Positions 56,789 through 64,000 of a DNA stretch of 64,000 nt are shown one piece after another. The notes under the pieces were generated by a model that worked only from the letters and a program-made list of their open reading frames with translations, had not been told where the DNA came from and did no database searches. The stretch is from the IMG/VR virus record IMGVR_UViG_3300027859_000006, positions 44,152 to 108,151 of that record; one strand, written 5' to 3'. The DNA is from a virus. Made by a program: the position numbers and the translations under genes. Position 1 is the first letter of the stretch. The number at the start of each line of letters is the position of its first letter.

Positions 56789-57493
56789 TCATCTTACTAT
56801 TCCTATATATTCCACGCTAGTAAGGCTTCCGGCCCATGGCCCTTTTATTTCAACCTTAAACTGCTGGACTAGCCTATCAAAAGGCAATGTAATGTCAAAA
56901 AATATATCCTCGTCTTTTACTAGAGGTATATTAATCATTTTTGTATTTTGTGGTATAGGTAAAAATTCATCTCTGTTCCCTAGTCTGCCAGATACTTTGT
57001 AAGTACAATCGTATTCTGTAGTAACTGCAGGACTTACTTTTATCCTAATAGTAGTAGCTTCTCTTCTGTTATTAATAATAGAATCTGATACTAACTTCCA
57101 AGTGTCAGGGTGTAATATGCCCATAATATCCTCTAGTTTAACGTTGTAATATGGTGTAGAAGTCGGATTAGCTTCGGATATTAAGTCCTCTTTTAAAGCT
57201 GAAGTAGCAATTCCTGCTTCTATTAACAAGTCTAGAGAAAATATATTCATGAGCCCCTTGCTCTGTGATAGTATAAAATTAAACTCACCTAAGCTAAATA
57301 TTGTTTGCATAGTGGCTATACATAGCGGGTTATCGGAGTTTAGAAATATACTATATAAATTATGTTTTACCAAGTACATAGTAATTACTTCAGAAGACAG
57401 TAACTTTCCCTGAACCTCTTCATGATTCCTTACCTGTTCTAATATTTCTTCATCAGTACCGCTGTACTGGTTTACTACGGTCAGTAGGTTCAT
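56789..57493 (-). CDS. Hypothetical protein, first gene of esterase island
   Basis: GGAG RBS; own promoter ~57515-57545. Confidence 0.7.
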   Translation of the reverse strand: MNLLTVVNQYSGTDEEILEQVRNHEEVQGKLLSSEVITMYLVKHNLYSIFLNSDNPLCIATMQTIFSLGEFNFILSQSKGLMNIFSLDLLIEAGIATSALKEDLISEANPTSTPYYNVKLEDIMGILHPDTWKLVSDSIINNRREATTIRIKVSPAVTTEYDCTYKVSGRLGNRDEFLPIPQNTKMINIPLVKDEDIFFDITLPFDRLVQQFKVEIKGPWAGSLTSVEYIGIVR

Positions 57494-57564
57494 ATGTCTC
57501 TCCTAAATAAAAATAATTATACACGCCTAAAAATAAATTGCAAGAGATTATTTTTTACACATAA

Positions 57565-57590
57565 CAAAAAACCCGCACTAAGGCGGGTTT
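57565..57590 (-). terminator. Rho-independent terminator after thyA
   Basis: ACCCGC hairpin plus U-run. Confidence 0.8.
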
Positions 57591-57592
57591 TA

Positions 57593-58712
57593 TTATACTG
57601 CCATTTTGGCTTCTATTTTGCCATGGCTTTTATAGTTTTCTAATTGTATGTCTTTGGGGTCTACACAATGACAGAAGTTTTGAAACTTTTGCCATGGAGT
57701 ACTACCTACGGATTTTGGTAGTTTTAAAGTAGGCAATGGATAAGGCTCATTCTGTAGTATTTGACCGCACTGCTCTAGGTGGTCATTGTAAATATGAGTA
57801 TCTCCACCAGTAAAAATAAGCTTACCTGGCTTAAGTCCTACACACTCAGCTATAATGTGGGTCAATAACGCGTAAGAGGCTATATTAAACGGCAAGCCCA
57901 AGAAAACGTCTACTGACATTATGTTCACAAGAGGTCGTTAATCTCTTGCCGGTATTACACCAGCTGCAAGTTACCTTACAGATCAGACTATATCACAACC
58001 CTTTAAGGGTTCTATCCGTTTCGGTCTCACTTGAGACCTACTCTCTTTCGAGATAGTCGTTAGGCATTTATGTAGAAAAAGCTTTCTACAATTTAGCACG
58101 GGATTGTCCTAGCTTATTAGGAGTTTCCCCGTTTAGGATAGTTTTTCGAGTACAATTACTTGTACAAGGCGCTCAAAGTTAACGCTGATGCCACATTAAT
58201 GACAGTTTACCGTCTTTCAATACAAAACACTGGAATGTGTAGTGGCACGGTGGTAGAGCCATCTGGTCTATCTCAGAGGGATTCCAAGCTGTAACTATAT
58301 GTCGTCTACCGTAAGGGTCTTTTACTAACCCATCTATAAGCTTCTCCATCTGGTCTACACCATTAAAGGAACGCCACTGCTTACCGTATATAGGGCCTAG
58401 GTTACCATTAGAGTATCCTAGTGCTTTCGCTTGCTTGTTATAGTTATCATCCCAGATGGTTTTCTTTATAGAAGTAGTAGAGCCATGAGTTAAGTATCTT
58501 AGCTCGTTTACGTTAGTAGAGCCTCTCATAAACCATAGTAGTTCCGCCCGTACCGCGTTCCAAGCCAGAGCTTTCTCTGTTACAGCGGGAAAACCTTCAG
58601 ATAGGTCAAACTCCATTCGAGTACCGAATACTCGTCTAGTCCCTACGCCAGTTCGGTCTTCTACTCTATCACCTGTTAAAACTTGAGTAATTAAATCTTT
58701 ATACTGTTTCAT
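57593..58712 (-). CDS. thyA: Thymidylate synthase, two exons (58712-58182, 57916-57593; 284 aa spliced)
   Basis: DRTGVGT, ELLWF, YG.QWR, MALPPCH..HQR | SVDVFLGLPFN. Confidence 0.93.
57917..58181 (-). mobile_element. Group I intron (265 nt, ORF-less) in thyA
   Basis: P AAACGGGGAA, Q AATCCCGTGC, R AACGACTA, S GATATAGTC; exon ends in U, intron ends in G; IGS TTGAGCGC pairs both exons. Confidence 0.9.
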
Positions 58713-59196
58713 TTGTTACCTTATATAACGTGAAGTCTTCACAGTCGTCTAAAACTTCTTTTTCTTGTTCGGCTAGCCAACTTAAAACTGATTTGTCTAA
58801 ATACACATCAGCGTCTGGGAACTCCCCTTTAAACTCTGTGTAGTATACTTCATTACAGCGTTTTAAATTTTCTACCGTTAATAAGCTAGTACCGCCTATA
58901 ATACTGTAAGTTGCATCTATACCTTGTTCTATAGCTAGTTTTAAATATTCTAGTACATCGTGCTTAGTATAATCTATAGTTATCCATTCATTACTAGGAT
59001 TACTGGACACTAGGATAGGCACTCTATAAGGCAAGGGTAAAGGTATAGAGTTAGCTGTACTTTTTCCCATAACAGTAAATGTGTTGTGTGTTAACTTTTT
59101 AAAGTTAGCCATATCTCTGGAGTTTCTAGGCCACGGCATAGTGCATCCTTTACCGAATTCACCCTTCTTACCGCTTGCAAATACTGCTTTAATCAT
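58699..59196 (-). CDS. frd: Dihydrofolate reductase
   Basis: MPW...DM..FK..T, MG..T, LP.R, IIGG; upstream of thyA. Confidence 0.9.
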   Translation of the reverse strand: MIKAVFASGKKGEFGKGCTMPWPRNSRDMANFKKLTHNTFTVMGKSTANSIPLPLPYRVPILVSSNPSNEWITIDYTKHDVLEYLKLAIEQGIDATYSIIGGTSLLTVENLKRCNEVYYTEFKGEFPDADVYLDKSVLSWLAEQEKEVLDDCEDFTLYKVTNETV

Positions 59197-59546
59197 TCAT
59201 TGTATTCCTCTACGTGCAATAATTTGTTTTGTCTTCTGGCAATGTCTATCATGTGTGCAGTACCTGGACTAAATAAGTTCCAAAAGGCTACTACTTTATC
59301 ACACTCCTCTAGCATTTCGCAGTTTCGTATCAGCCCTGCCCTTTGTCCAAACTTATCCCAGTTGGGTCTAATTGATAGTACATCTATATCTCGATAAATA
59401 GCCCACTTTTTACCTAGAGTATCTGCTCCTGCGGCTTCGCCACAGACTACTTTAGTTACGGGGGTTTGTTTATGTATGCTATCCATTACATCTTGTAAAA
59501 GGAAGTAAAAGCGAAAGCTCCTACCTCCAACAATTGCTACTTTCAA
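59193..59546 (-). CDS. SLOG/YspA (DUF2493) family protein
   Basis: IVGGR, G.A.GAD, AG.IRN..M, GT.HMI. Confidence 0.82.
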   Translation of the reverse strand: MKVAIVGGRSFRFYFLLQDVMDSIHKQTPVTKVVCGEAAGADTLGKKWAIYRDIDVLSIRPNWDKFGQRAGLIRNCEMLEECDKVVAFWNLFSPGTAHMIDIARRQNKLLHVEEYNE

Positions 59547-59555
59547 AGTCTCTCC

Positions 59556-60884
59556 TTAATATTGTGAGAATTGTTCTTTAAGTAGTGCTGAAATTTCGTC
59601 GTAATTTGAATTAGCCATATCTATAGAGTTAAGTAGGTAAGAAGAAAGTTGCATTTCTTGAGCGGCTACTTGTACTTTAGAAGAGTCTAAATATCTACTC
59701 ATATACGGCAGTGGGTCTTCCTTAGGCGCTTCAAATTCAATATCTAGAGTATTGGCTACTTTAGCTGCACGGAACTTAACGTAATCAAATACTAAATTAG
59801 CATTAAGTCGTAGAATTTCTCTACCTTCAGAAAACAGGTAGTTAGTCCATTGACGTTCTTGCTCTAGTATTTCGTTGAACACTTCTTCAATTTTAGGTTT
59901 AACTCGTTTATATGCTTCTGGGTTATTCTTAAACTCAATACTAAGAATATGCATACCACCTTTTGCATGTAGCATCTCGTCTCTAGCAATAAGAACTACT
60001 AACTGCGCAATACCTTGGAAGAACCCAAGCTCTGCAATGCCGAATGTGATAGCGAAGCTTGACATGAAGTTTACAGCTTCTAGCATGTATAATGCTGCCA
60101 GTGCTACATATAGCTTTTCGCGTCTTTCCTCCCTAGGAGCGTCGTGCGGTAAGTTACCTAAATCATCAAATACGTTACGTAGTACGTTTGAACGCTGGAT
60201 AACTTCAAAGTTTTTATAGCCTTCTCGTAGTGCGTCGTTAGGGTCTACAAACGTTTGCTTGATAATGTGTGAATATGTTCTAGCATGGATAGACTCGAAC
60301 AATGCCACAGCATTGTACCAGTTCTCTAAGTCAGAGTTAGAGACGTTCTCTAGTAAAATACCTGTTATAGACCTAGAGGCTATAGAGTCAGCTAAATGCT
60401 GCCACAGGATTGTTTTAACCATAGAGTCCACGATAGGTTTAGGAGCGTTAATCATGTCCTGCCTATCTTGTGTAATATCTACTTCAAACTCGTTCCATAC
60501 CTGTGCCATTTGCTCTTGGAATAGCTTATCTAGGATAGGGTATGGTCGGTTAATAGTGTCAGCGAAACCTAGGTCGTCCCCAAGGAATAAGGGGTATTCT
60601 GAGGTTTCGTGTCCTGTGTTGTTTAAGTTAAAGACAGTCTTACGTTTAGGTGCTATGCCTAGATAGTTCTCTAGTTCTTGGTATCCACCTACGTGTACCT
60701 GCTGCTCTCTTTGGTCAACTATCTGAGGCACGGTAGATGCCTCAGGAAAGTAAGACCATAGCTCATGTTTGTTATTTACCACTACTGTGGTATACGTAAG
60801 TCCATGTCGATTTAGCAGTTCCTTGGCCTTATCACACCAAGGACAGTCTAATTTTGTTACAATAAAAAAGTCATTAGAATCCAT
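59556..60884 (-). CDS. nrdB: Glutaredoxin-NrdB fusion (class Ia RNR beta)
   Basis: CPWC..TVPQI..VGGY then W...E, DS, ESIH..TY, E...F..SF, RDE.LH. Confidence 0.9.
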   Translation of the reverse strand: MDSNDFFIVTKLDCPWCDKAKELLNRHGLTYTTVVVNNKHELWSYFPEASTVPQIVDQREQQVHVGGYQELENYLGIAPKRKTVFNLNNTGHETSEYPLFLGDDLGFADTINRPYPILDKLFQEQMAQVWNEFEVDITQDRQDMINAPKPIVDSMVKTILWQHLADSIASRSITGILLENVSNSDLENWYNAVALFESIHARTYSHIIKQTFVDPNDALREGYKNFEVIQRSNVLRNVFDDLGNLPHDAPREERREKLYVALAALYMLEAVNFMSSFAITFGIAELGFFQGIAQLVVLIARDEMLHAKGGMHILSIEFKNNPEAYKRVKPKIEEVFNEILEQERQWTNYLFSEGREILRLNANLVFDYVKFRAAKVANTLDIEFEAPKEDPLPYMSRYLDSSKVQVAAQEMQLSSYLLNSIDMANSNYDEISALLKEQFSQY

Positions 60885-60893
60885 TAGTGCTCC

Positions 60894-63083
60894 TTATAAT
60901 TTACACGCGCCACTATCGCATGTCTCTTCTTGTTCAATTACTTCCTCACTTTCTGTATCAATGAAGTTTTGGTAATACGATGTTTTAATACCAGCTAATG
61001 CTTGTCTAACGAACCAATTAATAGTTTCTATTAAAGGTATTTTCTTGTTATCATACTTAGTAAAGTCTGTGTAATAATCACAAGAAATAGCTTGGTCTGT
61101 GTAGTTCTGGAAAGCTTGGTAGTATGGAATCATGTCCACGTCCCATGCTTTTAAGTGTGTGCCTTTAACGAAATGTTCGGAGATAAACTGCACTTTTCCA
61201 CGTCTAGCGCTCTTATAGATTACTCGTTGTCTGCTAGGGTAAATACCGTTTGTAGCATTACTAAATACAGAGCTTGATTCTGTAGGCATAAGTGCTACTA
61301 GAACTGAGTGACCTCTAGGCTTGCCGCGTCTAAGTTCCCAATCCATAGTAGGGAATCTATACCCGTGCATAGTATCGATAGGTAGCCAATTTAGGTCTAC
61401 ACCCTCTACAGGAGGACAAGTACCGTCTTCAACCATATCCTGACTAGCTTTAAGTAAGGAGTAGTAGTGAAGTTCCGCTAGGCTCTCAACAAAATCTAAA
61501 GATTCTTTAGATCCGTCGTAGTCTAAACCTTCTTGGTATAGTCTAGAAGCTAATCCAGTAACTCCAATACCTACAGAACGTCTGCGTAATAGATTATGCT
61601 TAACGGAGTCTGTAAGTGCACACTCAGAAGCTTTAACCATCATTGCCTCTACTGTACGTAGTGCAATGTCAGCCATTTCAAAATACTCTTCATTAGAGAT
61701 TTTTGCTACGTTTAGAGCTGCTAGTGAGCAGTATGCTATTTCGCCTTCTGATATGTAATTTCTGTAGATGTCGTGCATGTCTACAAAGCCTTTAGTAGGA
61801 AGCGCAATTTCAAGGCAAAGATTGGATTGAGTAATCGTATCCATAAACGGTGTATGTTCATTAGCACGGCTCAGGTTTATGCAGTATACTCTACCAGTCT
61901 CCCAACGTGCCTGTATAAAAGCAATAAGGACTTTTAAAGCTTTTACTTTAATATGCTTCTTACCGTCTAGTAATGCGTCTTGTACGAAGTCCATGTAATC
62001 TTCCATATGGAAGGCTTCATGGACTTCAGGGGCTTCCTCTATCGAGAATAAATACCAGTCGTCGTTGTTTATAACTGCTCTAACAAAATCGTCGTTGTAA
62101 GCAAAACTATAATCTATTTTATCAATACGTTGTGATAAGTCTATACGCTGGGTTTTCCAAAGTAGCATTGACTCAATATCTGGGTCAATACACTTCAAAG
62201 TCATTGTAGCTGAACCACCACGGGCTAGCTGAGTAAACTTTTTAACAGAAGCTTCAATTGATTTGTAAAGAGGTGCTTTACCTAAATGAGCAATACGACC
62301 TTCTTTGACAGGGTCTCCCTTAGAGCGAGTATTAAGTGTAATACCAATACCAGCTTTTTTAGAGGTCATTTTAGAAGCTAAGTGTTCCGCTACTTCTAAT
62401 GAGTCTACAGTATCATTTGCTTCAATTACTGAGCATGAAATAGTATCGAAGTTACCATCCCTACAACCAGTATTAACTGGAGTTGGAAGGTTTAGCTTAG
62501 ATAACATTACAGCTTTAGCAGTTCTATAGGCTAAGTCAGTTACTCCGTGCAAGGATATTGCAATACCTAGTACTGCCTGGGCAGGAGTCTCTATAGCTTC
62601 TTCGTTTTCTTTAATAGCGTATTTATCAATGAACTGTTTTACAGTTGGGAACTCTAAGTCTAGAGCTTCTAGTTCTGTGTACCATTCATTTATAAGTTCT
62701 CTTTTCTCGAATAGAGCTACGTCATCCACCCAATGTTTCCAATAACCTAAGTCCGACATTATTTCCATAAAATCATAGAAATCTATAGCTTCAGGGTGCA
62801 TAATGCCTAGAGTATTGGACTGCGTTTTGTAGATATTGGCTCTTTCCACCTCAGCAGCAATTCTACTCCACTCTACTTGCTCTTTGTCTAGACATACTTG
62901 AATTATTGTATCGTTTATGTCTGTGGTAGATACTCCGTCTATTAGACGAGGTATTACTTTACTAAGTAACTCGTACTCTTTTTCTACTTGGTCTTCAGAG
63001 TTACGAATAACATAAGTAACCCACTTTCTTAATTTAGCGTGATTAAAAGGCTCTTTAGAACCGTTTCGTTTTGTCACTAACAA
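60894..63083 (-). CDS. nrdA: Ribonucleotide reductase alpha subunit with ATP cone
   Basis: VTKRNG..E, PTP, SNLCLEI, MPTESSS, YY, C-terminal CxxxxC. Confidence 0.93.
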   Translation of the reverse strand: MLVTKRNGSKEPFNHAKLRKWVTYVIRNSEDQVEKEYELLSKVIPRLIDGVSTTDINDTIIQVCLDKEQVEWSRIAAEVERANIYKTQSNTLGIMHPEAIDFYDFMEIMSDLGYWKHWVDDVALFEKRELINEWYTELEALDLEFPTVKQFIDKYAIKENEEAIETPAQAVLGIAISLHGVTDLAYRTAKAVMLSKLNLPTPVNTGCRDGNFDTISCSVIEANDTVDSLEVAEHLASKMTSKKAGIGITLNTRSKGDPVKEGRIAHLGKAPLYKSIEASVKKFTQLARGGSATMTLKCIDPDIESMLLWKTQRIDLSQRIDKIDYSFAYNDDFVRAVINNDDWYLFSIEEAPEVHEAFHMEDYMDFVQDALLDGKKHIKVKALKVLIAFIQARWETGRVYCINLSRANEHTPFMDTITQSNLCLEIALPTKGFVDMHDIYRNYISEGEIAYCSLAALNVAKISNEEYFEMADIALRTVEAMMVKASECALTDSVKHNLLRRRSVGIGVTGLASRLYQEGLDYDGSKESLDFVESLAELHYYSLLKASQDMVEDGTCPPVEGVDLNWLPIDTMHGYRFPTMDWELRRGKPRGHSVLVALMPTESSSVFSNATNGIYPSRQRVIYKSARRGKVQFISEHFVKGTHLKAWDVDMIPYYQAFQNYTDQAISCDYYTDFTKYDNKKIPLIETINWFVRQALAGIKTSYYQNFIDTESEEVIEQEETCDSGACKL

Positions 63084-63181
63084 TAGTTTTTTCTCCTCTT
63101 ATTATTTATGAAAATTCTATACAAAATTATGTATTTATGCAAGAGATTTTTAGCCTAAAAAACCCTCCGAAGAGGGTTTGA

Positions 63182-63883
63182 TTATAACTTCTCGTGTTCA
63201 AATAACTCTCCTAGAAGAGAGGATTCTTTGCTTCTCACGCAGTAAGACCAATCAGGGAAGTCAATATGTATAATAGGTAAATTACCGTAACGGCCTATAA
63301 AATCTGTAAGTACAGTTAGCCCACTAGTAGCCTTCATTGACGTCTGTCTAACATCACCATTGATAACAATCTTAGAGTCCCATCCGGTTCTAAGTAGTAG
63401 TGTTTTTAACACACTCCATTCGATATCTTCAGCTTCATCTATTATAACAAAGGCGTTATTGAATGTCAAGCCTTTTATATGCTCTAGAGGTAAAAGTTCT
63501 ATCCTCTCTTGCTCTAGTAACCTTTCGTATCTATGTTTTCCAATGCGTTCTTTAATTGCGTTAGAGACCGGTGCTATCCACGGCTCCATCTTCTCGTTTT
63601 TTGTGCCAGGAAGTAATCCAATAGACCTAGTACCTTCTATTTGATTCGGGCGCGCAATTATTATTTTTTCGATAGGCGATGAATTATCGTCCAACATATC
63701 AATAGCTATCCAAGCTGCTATTGCTGATTTACCAGAACCTGCAACACCTGTACCAACTATAATATTAAAATTCCTAATGGAATTAATATATGACTTTTGC
63801 TTGTCATTCTTTGGTAAAATAGGCTTCCTTTCGTATACAGGGGAATCTCCGACAAATTTGTTCTTTCTATCTTTTTTAGACAT
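63182..63883 (-). CDS. phoH: PhoH-like ATPase
   Basis: G.AGSGKS, G.LPG...EK..PW, IIDEA, GD..Q. Confidence 0.92.
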   Translation of the reverse strand: MSKKDRKNKFVGDSPVYERKPILPKNDKQKSYINSIRNFNIIVGTGVAGSGKSAIAAWIAIDMLDDNSSPIEKIIIARPNQIEGTRSIGLLPGTKNEKMEPWIAPVSNAIKERIGKHRYERLLEQERIELLPLEHIKGLTFNNAFVIIDEAEDIEWSVLKTLLLRTGWDSKIVINGDVRQTSMKATSGLTVLTDFIGRYGNLPIIHIDFPDWSYCVRSKESSLLGELFEHEKL

Positions 63884-64000
63884 AGTGACCTTTACTAAAA
63901 ATCTCTCCGTAAACCTTATCCATGAATACTATTATACATACAACTTTCTAAAAATCAAGTGAAATATTCCAATTCACACCCGTAAATCAGACGGGTGCGC

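Noticed and set aside
57593-57928. Separate 111-aa gene or thyA pseudogene
   Set aside because: It is exon 2 of intron-split thyA; the apparent start lies in the intron.

Overview
This window is a 64-kb segment of a lytic T5-like siphophage (Demerecviridae-type organisation), probably infecting a gammaproteobacterium (inferred from the host regulator boxes). Almost everything is on the minus strand. 1-8912 is the end of the morphogenesis module: tail/head completion, prohead protease fused in frame to the major capsid protein, portal, nicking HNH nuclease, terminase and receptor-binding protein. ~9000-18700 is the terminal-repeat / pre-early (first-step-transfer) region with A2, A1 and dmp; its spacers are packed with host regulator sites (Fur, sigma54, DnaA, LexA, IHF, ArgR, FadR-like). 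18700-34600 holds early genes with tandem paralogue arrays, a macrodomain + NARP1-like NAD-reconstitution operon, and lysis genes. 34742-48620 holds a TROVE/Ro60-like (DUF2828-vWA) gene next to a cluster of 26 tRNAs covering all 20 amino acids, interleaved with many non-tRNA structured RNAs. 51887-57493 is an SGNH-esterase/PKD island. 57593-63883 is nucleotide metabolism: intron-split thyA, DHFR, Grx-NrdB, NrdA and PhoH. The two best candidates for undescribed systems are (1) a Ro60-like protein with a family of stem+ACAGCAA RNAs and tRNA mimics, resembling a Ro/Y-RNA RNP, and (2) a dense array of host DNA-binding-protein sites in the first-injected DNA. All calls were made by eye, without database searches.
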